From Podarcis vaucheri (taxonomy: Eukaryota), in NCBI GenBank assembly GCA_965113315.1, contig OZ220366.1: a DNA stretch of 64,000 nt. One strand, written 5' to 3'. Every line of letters starts with the position of its first letter. Position 1 is the first letter of the stretch. The notes under the pieces were generated by a model that was given only the letters and a program-made list of their open reading frames with translations, ran no database searches and was not told where the DNA came from. Positions 36,536-48,000 of the stretch are shown here, one piece after another. A program made the position numbers and the translations under genes.

Positions 36536-38405
36536 TGTACACTCTCCTCCCCACCCCTTAAGCAATAAACTGCTATCAAAGAGAATCATAGTTCTCTTGT
36601 ATTGCTAGTTAGCTGTGTCAATTACATCTAGAATCAGGAACAATTGTTCTACACAGTCATAATTATATCTGGGATTTGCTGTATGATATCTGTAAATTCA
36701 TTGATGCAAATTCTTATCCATGGCAAGCTTTTGCATCAATCGAATCATACCTTCTTCTTTCATTGCTAGGGGATTTATATTTTTCCATTTCGCTGCAGTC
36801 TGGAACTTTGCCACCACAAAAATATGAGCCATTGGCTCTCTCCTAATCTGTGATATCTCTTCCTAGTCAGTAACATTCATCAAGATGGGTTATAGAACCA
36901 AAGGGCAATCCCACATCTTTTTAACACGATGCTTTGTGAATGACCTCTAAAAAAAAGAAAAAAAGAATGCTTTGCCACTGATTAATTGGCAGTAAACTGT
37001 GACTGTGATCCCAGATAAACAGACCCAGTGCTGTAACTACGGGGACTGATTCCAGGGAAAATGCAGCCCTTCCAGACACCACCCCAGTGTTGCTCACAGC
37101 ATTGCAGAACCTAATAAGTTCAGCTCATTAAAAAATAAATATGTGGGCGAGTCTAAGTGCAGGTGCCCTGCACTGAGGCTAGTTGTGCCGTTAGTGTCTA
37201 TATACAGCTACACATTCATTCCTGTACTACTGTTATATAATAGTTCAAGAAGTTTTAAACTTTCCCCTCCCCTTCCCCTTGCCATTTTCTGTGTCCACAT
37301 GGCCCCATACTTGAGAACAGCAGGAAAGCTTTGACACTTAATTTCTAGCAGGTGGAACTGCTCATACAATGCAAAGGCAGAGGCACTGTGGGAAGTGCCT
37401 GTTTTGAGCCACACACCTAAAGTTCCCCATTTCTTATCAGTAGGTATTGCTCATTCCCATGAGAACAGTGACTAATAAACAGAGTTATCACACATATTGC
37501 CCATTCTGCATTTGTTTTATACGGCAGCACCTGCACTCTGGAACTCCTTGCCGATTGAAATCAATCAGGCACCTTCACTGTACTCTTTTTTGTGCCTGCT
37601 AAAAATATTCCTGTTTAGAGAGCCAGTGTGGTGTAATGGTTAAGAGCCTTTTATCTGACTTGAGACTTATTGCAAACCTTTTAACCTTTTATCTGACTTG
37701 AGATGCCTTGCTCACAGCTTACTCCAACCCGTAATCTGGGGAACTGGGTTCGCGTCTCCGCTCCTCCACATGCAGCTGCTGGGTGACCTTGGGCCAGTCA
37801 CACTTCTCTGAAGTCTCTCAGCCCCACTCACCTCACAGAGTGTTTGTTGTGGGGGAGGAAGGGAAAGGAGATTGTGAGCCACTTTGAGACTCCTTTGGGT
37901 GGTGATAAAACGGGATATCAAATCCAAACTCTTCTTAAACTAGCTTACCCAGATGCTTAGAAAGTTGAGGTGATTTTAATCTGTTTTAGTATTTTAACTT
38001 TTGTTTTATGTTTTAAAGTATGGTTGTAATTTTTATTTTATTTTATCGTTTTATCATTTTGTAAATTGCTTTGAGTGGGTTTTTTTTTACAATCAAGCGG
38101 TATATACATTTTATAAAATAAATAATATTATCATAATTATCAACAACAATCATATATGTTTGGAATTCTTCCTGCACAAGCCCTGCTGAAAAGGAGCATC
38201 TTTCTGTTTTTATGGTTTAAACTCTTTTTAATTTTAAAGTTACAGGTGAAAGGTATTTGCCATTCAGAGTCATTATGCATTCATCAACACTAGATTACGT
38301 TTGCCTTTAAGCCTTTCTGATGAACATTAATGTGTCCTCCTCATTTCAAATGCCATTTAAAAAGTAGGTCAGTCCAGAACAACAGTGAAAGAAAAAGCTT
38401 CTCAT

Positions 38406-38442
<37 letters not shown>

Positions 38443-38601
38443 GATTAATCTGGTAAAAAAAACCCCAAAAGGATTTATTCACAAAGACTTATGTTGTTCT
38501 CAACAGTGAATAAACTTACTTTCTAATATTACTTGTGAGTATGGACCTTCATTTGCAGAACAGACAGGATCCAATGTCCCATTATTTCCCGCTTCTTCCA
38601 T
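26044..38601 (-). CDS. SLC51A-like: Organic solute transporter subunit alpha-like gene (SLC51A paralog): 8 coding exons, 1005 nt, 334 aa
   Basis: Exons 38601-38520, 35177-35026, 33399-33326, 32087-31929, 29447-29336, 28416-28270, 26603-26498, 26216-26044. All GT-AG and phase-compatible, with no internal stop. OSTalpha motifs: [73 protein letters not shown]. Confidence 0.93.
26498..26603 (-). CDS. SLC51A-like: OSTalpha-like coding exon 7: [35 protein letters not shown]
   Basis: TTTATGTAG| acceptor, |GTAAGT donor; 106 nt. Confidence 0.92.
27365..27422. repeat. (GT)n/(GC)n alternating purine-pyrimidine tract
   Basis: tgtgtg...cgcgcgtgtg read directly; intronic. Confidence 0.9.
28270..28416 (-). 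CDS. SLC51A-like: OSTalpha-like coding exon 6: [49 protein letters not shown]
   Basis: CCTTTTCAG| acceptor, CAG|GTGAGA donor; 147 nt. Confidence 0.93.
29336..29447 (-). CDS. SLC51A-like: OSTalpha-like coding exon 5: [37 protein letters not shown]
   Basis: TTTTATTTGGCAG| acceptor, |GTAAGC donor; 112 nt. Confidence 0.93.
29953..30335 (-). mobile_element. CR1 LINE 3' end
   Basis: ATAGAATCATAGAAT tail and body similar to the reverse complement of the CR1 at 11037-11516. Confidence 0.85.
31412..31763. mobile_element. Tc1/mariner-type MITE with internal ATTAGCGCT minisatellite
   Basis: TIRs CAGTGGTGCCTCGCAAGACGAA / TTCGTCTTGCGGGGCACCACTG; TA on both sides. Confidence 0.85.
31929..32087 (-). CDS. 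SLC51A-like: OSTalpha-like coding exon 4: [20 protein letters not shown]...[18 protein letters not shown]
   Basis: CCTTCCCATAG| acceptor, AG|GTGAGT donor; 159 nt; signature cysteine cluster. Confidence 0.95.
33326..33399 (-). CDS. SLC51A-like: OSTalpha-like coding exon 3: [25 protein letters not shown]
   Basis: CTCTCTCTTTCCAG| acceptor, |GTATGT donor; 74 nt. Confidence 0.93.
34247..34646 (-). mobile_element. Sauria SINE with internal ~60-bp replacement
   Basis: AGGTAAAGGTAAAGG tail, B-box; TSD TTTTCCATGC(T/G)TAG. Confidence 0.85.
35026..35177 (-). CDS. SLC51A-like: OSTalpha-like coding exon 2: [50 protein letters not shown]
   Basis: TTTATCCTTTCAG| acceptor, |GTAAGT donor; 152 nt; first TM segment. 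Confidence 0.92.
35463..35525. repeat. Compound (GT)n(GA)n microsatellite
   Basis: Read directly. Confidence 0.95.
35593..35842. mobile_element. Tc1/mariner-type MITE
   Basis: Imperfect TIRs CAGTCATATCTTGGA / TCCAAGGTACGGCTG-TA; internal CTGATTGG...CCAATCAG inverted repeat. Confidence 0.7.
36620..36920 (-). mobile_element. Degenerate L1 ORF2 C-terminal fragment
   Basis: MWDCPLV ... [16 protein letters not shown] resembles the L1 C-terminal HxxWxCP and AKxxIAxxWK motifs. Confidence 0.45.
37621..37936 (+). mobile_element. tRNA-derived SINE (Squam3-like) nested in an L2-like 3' fragment (~37520-38120)
   Basis: AGCCAGTGTGGTGTAATGGTTAAGAG head, ATCAAATCCAAACTCTTCTT tail; flanks read as one continuous L2-like 3' end. 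Confidence 0.8.
38520..38601 (-). CDS. SLC51A-like: OSTalpha-like coding exon 1: [27 protein letters not shown]
   Basis: AAAATGG Kozak context, A|GTAAGT phase-1 donor matching the phase-1 acceptor of exon 2; C...P....L spacing as in OSTalpha N-termini. Confidence 0.85.
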
Positions 38602-38832
38602 TTTAGGAACTTTCTTCAGGGACGCTTTCCCTTCTTTTCTCTCTAGCCCTCCCTGTTCAGATTCTTTTCTTTCTCTGAGTGCTGCAGCTGTAAGGAAGAC
38701 TGGGATCAGCTTTCTGCTAGTTCCTTTTTGTTCTTCCAGTCAAGCTCTGCTGGCTGAGGTGACAGGCACGTCTGAAATCAGTGAAACATTGACTGTCCAA
38801 ATGCTCTGCTACTTTCCTTCTACAGTTCCACA

Positions 38833-38906
38833 AGATAAGAAGCGGCAAAACAATAGTCAGGTGAAACACAGAGATCTGGCACTAGCAGCCAGGTCCTAAG
38901 AGGTCA
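38833..38906. promoter_or_regulatory. Candidate OSTalpha-like proximal regulatory module: GATA site plus DR4 nuclear-receptor element
   Basis: AGATAAG (38833-38839) and AGGTCC-TAAG-AGGTCA (38891-38906), 230-305 bp upstream of the ATG. Confidence 0.45.
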
Positions 38907-41811
38907 ACTAGAGAAAGAGACAGGGCGATGTGAGACTGAAAGGGCTGTCTCTTCTGGCCAGGATGTTTGGTATGCCACACCTTTTCCACCAACTGTTACC
39001 AGCTTCACTGCCCTCAGCAGGGTGCAATGTTGTAAACCGCAACCTGTTCTCATGGTACACAGTAACATGTGAAATGGTTCTGTATAAAAGATGACATTGT
39101 GCTTTGAACGTTTCCTTTTGCTGAGCCTTAACAATTGAACAATATACTGTACCATGCAGAAGGGTGTTGCTCGAGGGTTTTTTTTGCAAGTGATACTATT
39201 TCAGTATTAGTTGTTGTCAGTGGGAAAGACTGAGCAATAAATCAAAGGTGTATTACGTGGTTTTCTGATAATCTCAGGCCAGGAAACCCACTTTTTCACA
39301 TAAACCCGTCTGCATGTCTGCCATAGGATCCCTGCGCATCTACAATATAATCCCAATGCTTTGCAGAGGACCCTAATCTTAGAATATGTTCCATATTCCA
39401 TTCATACTGGAATGCACCTAAACATTTCTACAACTATGCAGTGCCAGGGGAGAAATGGCTAATGTCAGATAAGTCGCCTTTTCGAGAAAGTTGCTCACCG
39501 TTATAGCTCTTTTCACTGAGAAACTGACAATAAGGAACCACATTGGTTTCCCCAGAACACAGTTTGAAAAGCACTGTTTTAGCCACTATAGATTTAATGT
39601 TCAAATTCTTGCTAAAGGAAATGGATAAACTGATTTGGCTGTTGTACACCTGATGTGCAAGGCAGCCTGTTTATTTTTGGAGAAGCTTTCCTGCTACAGC
39701 AAGCTATTCATAATAGGGCCACTTGCCAAATCAAAATGTTTGCCTACAAGCCACCCTACCTCTTCGCAGCCACTGCATGTGAGCACAGGCAACTTCCAAT
39801 TTACATGAGGGAGGGGGTTACATTCCAAGGCACCACACCTGAAATCACATATATTTGAAAAACCATTGGAAAAACCTGCAAACACCCCATTCCGACCCTG
39901 ACCCGGCCCCCCTCCGCCTCTTTCTGTGATGTTTTTAGGTCACTTCCGGGTTCAGCACAATGTGCACGTGTGCAATCGCACACATATTGGACATGCCTAA
40001 AACAGTTGCTGCCTGTATTATGAAGGGGAAAACCTTGATTTATAAGTGTTTGTGTGTGTACGCACCCTTCATCCATGACAGGCCTACCTGAGCATAAGAT
40101 GTTCCATGAGAATCATGGCCTTATCATGTAAAACCTAAACATAAAAAAGAAGGCATTAATGGTGAAATTTCTGTATAGAAAAGCAATAACAGAGAAACGG
40201 TCCACTTCAGTGCATGATCACATAGGCCTGAATAAGATGATTCATTTCAGCTAGCACCCAGCATCAAATTTCATCTATGCTTAGAACATTACTTAGAAAG
40301 TCGAGGTAATTTGAATCTCTTTTAGTATTTTAACTTTTGTATGTTTAAAGTAGGGCTGTGAATTTTTCTTGTTCTTACTGTTTTATCTTTTGTTAAACGC
40401 TTTGAGGTTTTCTACACTCAAGTGGAGTTCATTTTTTATGAGATAAAGAACAAAATAAATAAATACATGTAAATACAGGAGGCAGATAAGCCTAAATAAG
40501 GCTGCAATGGTATACACACAAACCTGGCTCAGAGTATGTCCCATTGGACCCAATGTGACTTACTTTGAGGAGCCAGCATAGAATTGCCCTGTTAAACATT
40601 CTGAAGCATGCTCCATTGTGTTCAATGGGACTTCCAACCAGGTGAGTATAAGATTTCTGCATTAGAATTCATTTAGATCTATGAAATAATGAAGCATGTG
40701 TTTAAAAATTTCCCTCTAGAATCAAAGGGACTTGAGATGTGTTCTTTAGTTGCTTTATATACAGAAACACACACAGAAAGAAACACCCACCCACCCACCT
40801 GTTAGCAGATAAGCTATTCTGGTGTGTGGTGATTGACCTTTTCAACTATGCAGCCTTTCCTGATTGGGTTTAGGTGCTTAGCAGCATTAGGTATTTATAT
40901 GGTCCTCATATCTGATGTAGCAAAGTACAGTCTCTAAATAGTAAACCTTGATAACATCTCAAACTTTAGATAAGTTCAATATTTTTCTTTCTGCATCGAA
41001 GATTTCCGGGTGCCTCTTATGAAGTACGTCTATGTCCTTGTGGAATTGGAGAATCTGGGTTTGTAACATGTATCTTTTTATGTTGTCTGTTTTGCACCCA
41101 GATTAGATTAGAGTTATTGTTAGATTTAAGGGAATCCTGAAATAAGTTAATCGGGAGATGTCAGGTTGGGTTTGGTTTTGCTCTGTGCCTTCCTTGAGTG
41201 CTTCTGGAGGGATGTAAATTTGAATTGTTCTAGTGTATCTCATTTGCCTGGGTGAGGAGGGGATGGAGATTTTTGCCTGGCTGGAATGAAGCTTTTTGTA
41301 CAAAGATGCACATCCATTGCTGCACTAAGTTTGGCCAGGGGCTTTTCCCACTGCTGGTATGTGGGCCCCTGGAAGGGGATATGGTCCTCATGCTAAAAAA
41401 AAAGTTCCCTGCCCTTGATTTAAATTATGGTAATTATTTCTACACATCTATAGTAATCATTTTAAAATTTGTCCTCCTTTGTCCTCTTTCTTGACCACCC
41501 TAAAGACAAATCAGCTAAGAGTGAGAGTGGGGAACAGACATGGAATGCGGAAGGAGAGAGACTTGAAGGTTAGTATTATTATCATCCTCATCCTCATTAT
41601 TAAATTTGTATACCACCCTCTATCTGCAGGTCTCATGGCGGTTCAAAACATAAAAACACAATATACTAACACAAAATACATAATAAAAATAAAAACAAGA
41701 AAAAAACCAGTAATCCCCCCCTTCCCCAACACATTTTAAAAGCGCATTGGATGTCAATCAGCCAAAGGCCTGGTTAAAGAGGAACTTTTTTGCCTGGTTC
41801 CTAAAGGTATA

Positions 41812-42043
41812 CAGTGGTACCTCGGGTTAAGTACTTAATTCGTCCCAGAGGTCCGTTCTTAACCTGAAACTGTACTTAACCTGAAGCACCACTTTAGCTA
41901 ATGGGGCCTGCTGCTGCTGCTGCTGCCGCGCCGCCGGAGCACGATTTCTGTTTTCATCCTGAAGCAAAGTTCTTAACCCAAGGTACTATTTCTGGGTTAG
42001 CGGAGTCTGTAACCTGAAGTGTATGTAACCTGAGGTACCACTG
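41812..42043. mobile_element. Tc1/mariner-type MITE (CAGTGGTACCTC family) nested in an L2-like fragment
   Basis: TA-CAGTGGTACCTC ... GAGGTACCACTG-TA. Confidence 0.9.
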
Positions 42044-42189
42044 TATAATGAAACCTCCCTGGGCAGAGCATTGCACAAATGAGAAGCCACTGCAGAGAAG
42101 GCCCATTCTTGTGTTGCCACCCTCCAGGTCTCCAGGAAGAGGCTCACAAAGAAGGACCTCAGAAGATGATCTCCGGTAGGTTAATATAG

Positions 42190-42830
42190 AGAAAGGAAGT
42201 CATTGAGGTAGACCTGTATGGAAATGGCCTCTTGACGTTTGCAGGCAGAGAAACTGTGGGTCCCATTTCACCCTGTTTCTTCAGGGGGAAGAAGAAATTC
42301 TCCAATAGTTCCTCAGGGGTGGCATTCACCATTAGCAGTGACAATAGCACAGTTTCTTTTGCTCTTCCTAAGATTTTATTTTGTTATTCTTTCAATGCTG
42401 CCACAAATGGTAGTAGCAGCTATATTAGCAGCCTGGCCACCATTTTGTATTCCCCACGATGCCATGGGCCTAGCATTATTCTGGGGCATTGTGGAGGAGA
42501 AAATGCCAGTCAGAATATTGGTGCCCTTCTTGGAGTTGGGAGAAGTAAGAAAAAGTAAATATCCAAAATGTTCTTTAGGAAATGACTTGTGACAAATTTT
42601 GGGTCAGCTCTAATCAGAGCAGAGACAGCCTTGGAGAAGGCACACACTCCAGGCTGGGAAATATATGCCATGGAGAGAATATTTTGGCTGCTTAAAGGGC
42701 CTTTGAAGAGGCGAATCACAGTTCCATCACTCCAAGAAGTAGTGATGGATAATTATGGTGGCATCATCAGGTAGGCAGCTGGAGGACTGAATTTTCCAAA
42801 TGCTTTTATTCAAACTGAATTAGTCAAAAT
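42190..42830 (+). mobile_element. Degenerate L1/Tx1 ORF2 fragment
   Basis: LLTFAGR ... LPKILF ... MLP ... GGLNFPN motifs in broken frames. Confidence 0.45.
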
Positions 42831-44704
42831 GAGGGAAGTATTGTTTACATAGTAGCAAAGAGATTGATTCCTCAGCTGATTGGAACTCTGTTTTGACATT
42901 ATTTGGATGGTAGTCAACCAAGTATTACTCACAGCAGACTTAGTGAAATTTATGGGCCGACTTAGTCATGTTCATTATTTCAGTGGGTTTATTCTGAGTA
43001 AAACTTAGGTGAATACCACCCTTTGGTTCCTAATTTTTACCTACTGGATAATGTATTTCCCCCTTCTATCTGGAAATTGCCACAAATGCCTATCGGATAT
43101 TCAGTCCCTTAACTCATTTTAAAGGGTATGCATTAATGTCAAATGGAATGTTTTTAATCAACATATCAAACCCTAGGAATCTGGATTCCACAGGAGACGT
43201 CTGTATTTTAGCATGAAATAATGAGAATTAATATAGGAGTTCCAGGACCAAGAAATAAAAAAATTAATACCCAATAAGCAACTTCACATGTATTTTTTTT
43301 TACTGCACAAAATACAACATCTGTAGTTGTGCATTTCTTATGTGTCTGGTTATGCATACAACCCTGTAATAGGACTCTTAATAGCAGTGGTTTCAAATGC
43401 ATAAGTTCTACCTTATCCTAATGTAAATCTTAGAACACTGCCATTATGCTGCCAGCAGCGTTAATGTACAAGGCCCCTCCAAAGTGATGCATTAAGTAAA
43501 CTGGGTGGAAATCCACAAAGTAAGTAATGGAAAATCATTTGAATTGGAAAAAGCATTGACCTTCATATCAGCCTTTGCGATTCCATTGTATGTCAAAGCA
43601 GCTGTTTTCTTCTACATGCAGCTATTCTGTTTGTTGCCATTCAAAATATTTCATCTTCTTGAAATGCTCATTGTCAAAAATATTATGTAGAAATGCATTA
43701 AGTATGGAACTTGGCCCCTCAAACTGGAGGCAAAATAGACTTTTAGCATGAGGCCCGTGCCTGCTACAAGATACACAAAGGCATGTGAGCACATGCATAG
43801 CATTTCTATACATGTGAAGGGAATTTTCAAATTTTATTATCTGCTGGAAATTGTCGTGTGCTGTTTTGGCAGATCACACCATGCAATTGGAATGGGAAGA
43901 CTGAAAAACTGTCATGCACAGAGTTGCAAGCAATTGTTCTTCAGCAATAATGGAAGGGAAAGAAGTATGAAACTAATAGGTGAGGTGTGCATAGCCTATG
44001 GACTTCCAGATGTTGAACTACAGCTCCCATCATCCCTGGACAGTGGCCAGGCTCGCCAGGGCTCATGGGAGATGCAGTCAGTTCAGCAGCACCCACAGGT
44101 TCCCTACATCTGCAATTGGTAATCAAAGGTCCCCAAAACTTTTCAAACAAGACCTTGTCGCATGGGAATGATTTTAAAAGCTATCAATTTAGGACATCTT
44201 ATAAAATGTTTATATCCATCTTCTGAACTGTTAAGCGTTCCAAACAACCCATAAAGAAACAGATATATTTCATTAATATGAGAATAAACAAAGAAGGCAA
44301 ATGCAGAATATTAGAGTCACAATTCTTCATATAACAAATAGTATATTTTAGGAAGTGTCCAATTGGACCATATGTCAACAAAAAATGAACGTACTGGTAA
44401 GAAGAGCCTGCTGGATCCGGCCAGTGGCCCATCTAGTCCAGCATGCTGTTCTCAGAGTGGCCAACCAGATGCCTGTAAGAAACCTGCAAACAGAACCTGA
44501 ACACAAGAGCATTCTACCCTGCCCTATGGTTTCCAGCAACTGGTATTCATAAGCATTTACTGGCTCCAATCGTGGAGGCAAAACATAGCCATAATGGCTA
44601 GTAGCTGTTGATAGTTTATCCTCCATGAGTGAGCCATCCAAGTTAGTGGTCATCACTGCCGCTGTGGGAGCAAGTTCCATAGTTTAACTATGGGCTGCAT
44701 GAAG

Positions 44705-45049
44705 CAGGTGGCGCTGTGGTCTAAACCACCAATCCTCTGGGGCTTTCTGATCATAAAGTTGGCAGTGAGCCCTCATTGCTTTGTCCCAGCTCCTGCCAAC
44801 CTAGCAGTCTGAAAGCATGCCAGCATGAGTATATAAATAGGTACTGCTGCAGCGGGAAGGTAAATGACGTTTCTGCGCTCTCTGGCACTTGTCACGGTGT
44901 CCTGTTGCACCAGAAGCGGTTTAGCCATGCTGGCCACATGACCCACAAAAGCTGTCTGTGGACAAATGCCGGCTCCCTTGTCCTGAAAATGGAGATGAAA
45001 TCAAATTCAACTGGACTTAAACATCCAGGGGTCCTTTTCCTTTAAGTTT
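44705..45049 (+). mobile_element. Sauria SINE nested in a CR1-like 3' fragment (~44398-45090)
   Basis: GGTGGCGCTGTGG head, AATAGGTAC core, GGGGTCCTTTTCCTTT tail; TSD TGCATGAAG (44696-44704, 45050-45058). Confidence 0.8.
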
Positions 45050-48000
45050 TGCATGAAGAAGTAGTTCCTTTTGTCTGTCCTGAATCTTCCAACTTTATTC
45101 TCCTGGACAGATTCTAGAGACGTTTGGCCGCAAACCATAAAAATTAAAGCCCACCCCCCACCTTTGGTACTGTGTGTTTGCTTTGGACCATCTAGTTGGC
45201 TTCATTTAGACATCTGGCCATGCAAAAAGGAGGCCGCTTGCCATTGCTATTCTGTCTTGGCCTTACTTCTGGAGTGGCTTGCTACAGTAGACTCCTCAGG
45301 CAAGCCAGAAAACAACAGAGATGCCAGTGGAGGTTGACTCTGTGGCAGAAATGAGTGCCTTTTACTCTGCCAGAGTGCCAGAACATTTGAAATCCCAAAA
45401 ATGTCAGTGGGATCTCTGTGCTAAAGGGCAGTTTAGCAACTGAACGAGCAGATAAATAAATGGCTTTGTTGCCTAATCATTTTGCCCCTTAGGGTGACTT
45501 GCTCCATGCTGTTATCATGGCCATAAAACACTGTTGTGAATGCAAATATCCCATTGATTTAAACACCTTGCAGATTCCCAATGACCCTTGGTTTCTGCTT
45601 GTGTATATGTGCCTTGTTCCCTCTCCCATAATGTGTCTGGGATGAAAGCCCTGTTCTGTCTGTCTTCCATTGCCTTTTCTCTCCAGTGGCACCTATAATA
45701 ACCTCTTTGCTTTATCTGTACCCTCTCAGTCATAATGTTGTCCTTCTCCTGCTTACTTGTTCCCCGATTACCACTGAATTCACATGCTATCTGATAAGTG
45801 CAGGTATCTTCTTTTCTCCCTTGTAAAAAAAATTGGAAGCAGAAAGTGTTCCTAATTCTGTCAAGAAAATGACTTTCGATCCCCCTCCCTTGCATATTAT
45901 TCTCGTGAGGGTCAGATGTGAATCGATTTCTGACGTGGGTTTTTTTCATGGCTGTAAAGTGGTAAAATGTGGAGTGCTTTGAAGTTAGAAATGTAATTGT
46001 GGAGACATAAAAATTGTATCTATAGCCATCACAGAGATATTTATCTCAAGATGACTGTCTCAGTGTCCTTCAGAGCAATAACTGCAACAGCCGAGAACAT
46101 AACAGAGGGAGCTGAAATGTTATGACTCATTTACTTCTAACAAGTCTAATACACTTCAGTGAAAACGTATTGCACATGACATAAGGGACTCTCTGATATA
46201 CTGGAACAAGCTTCAAAGGCCATTGAAATAAAATACCAGCCATTACTACTGTTCAAATATTCTTCAGTGTCTAAATTAGGCCACCAATACCAAAGATTGT
46301 AATTGCGTTATTCTCTCTGATTCCTTGTCGCTCAGAGAAATGTCTATGTTTTGCACACTCTTTTGTCCAGGAGGAGTGAGGTAGATAAACCAGGCTCATA
46401 AAACATGTTATTTTTTATTGTCATGTGCAACATTACTATTGCAATGTTATTTAAGATGTTAAAATGTTCACACTTTAAATGCATAAAAATATCTGTAATG
46501 GCTTCCTCTGACTATGACATAGGGAATTCAGAGGAAAGCGTTCAGGACGCAATGCAGAATGTCTTTGTGAATGGGGAAGCGGTGGACAATTAATGCTGTG
46601 TACACATTGCCGGGGTAGGTTGTCTTTTTCTCAATTTGGATCAAAGCTGGTTTGGGGGGGGGACACATCAAAAATGCAGCATCGATATATATGGATTGGG
46701 ACTAACGTCATATGTACTCCACTTCCCAAACCAGTTGTGGGAGTGCACTGGATGAAGAGTAAACAGAAGAGGGGACACAGCTTAATTAACCTAAAATGGG
46801 GGGTCTCTCTCTCTTTCTCACTACAGTATGTACTTGGAAATAGGTGCAGTATTCCCAGGTGTGCCATCCACTGGCCATCACCCTGGACACGACCAACCAG
46901 CAGCAATGGACACAGGAAGCAGCCTTAATTGAGATGAAGTGATTTACCCTTCTACTCCAGTATTGTTTGGCTACCCGCAGTGGTTCTCCCCAGAGTCTTG
47001 GGCAAAAAGCCTTCCCATCACTTCCTTTTTGGTCCTTCTACCTGGAGATGTCATGGATTGAACCTGGGGGCTTCTGCATGCAAAATGTAGGTGCTCTACT
47101 ACTGAGCTATGGTGCCTTCTCTGGCAACGTAAGCCGACTTCGCGTGGCAAGGTACGCCACCTTCATATCGAAGCCATTAATTCAGCTTTCAGGCATCTTA
47201 TCGTGCTTGCATCTTGAACCTCCAGCTCAGGCTAATGGTTTTTAATTCACAGGATCCCAAGGATGCTCTGTTGGTGAGCCCCTCACCATCTTCACAGGAC
47301 TGATTCTCCCTGGTCCCTGTGGAAAAGCCCAAAAAGTTGCCCTGCTTTTCAATCTGTAGTGCAAACAAAGCCTTTGGTTTAGTCACCTGTTTCAGTTAGT
47401 CCTGCCACACCCAAACTCTCAGTGTCTCTCCCTTTTGTAGCTTTTTGTCCTTGTCCTCCCCTTAATTTGTCAAACATATTGTGTGTGTGTGTATGCATGC
47501 GTTTGTATACACACAGATACACTCTACCGTTAATAAAAGATCATTAAATACAGACCATAATCACAAGATTATTTAAAGAAATGTTTCTTTTAAAATGCAA
47601 TTCTCTTTTACGGCGAAAGTCCTAGAGATGCTGTAGCACATTCAAACACACACACACACAATCGGGTTTAAATGTGTGAAGAGTAATCACGGAAACTGTC
47701 ACAGAGCTTAAGGGAGGGTGTTTGCCCAAATCAGGGTTCTATTCTTTGGCAGAAAGCAATACTGTAGTTTAAATTAGTGTGGTGCAGCTGAACCCTCATT
47801 TAAAATGTGTTCCACTGACATTGCACGAAGAGGGTGTCTTTGTTTAATAGCGCTGGCAGAACAGCACATTTTCCGCCGAAACCCGTTGGAGTTTAGACCT
47901 TTTAATAGAAAGTGACAATTTAAATTGCCATGACGGTGGCCTAATGGTGCTTAAAACTATTACTAACTGATGCTACAGTTGGCTCCAGACCAGTTTGTTA

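Noticed and set aside
36934-36946. IR1-like TTGTGA-A-TGACCT (FXR element candidate) in OSTalpha-like intron 1
   Set aside because: One half-site is poor and it abuts a degenerate L1 fragment; chance occurrence is likely.
40880-41250. Minus-strand coding-like stretch (SRLTYFRIPL...VIKVYYL) as an extra exon
   Set aside because: Contains stops and lacks good splice sites; more likely a decayed L1 ORF2 remnant.
45515-45949. 144-aa minus-strand ORF
   Set aside because: No convincing domain or exon boundaries; at most weak resemblance to decayed LINE sequence.
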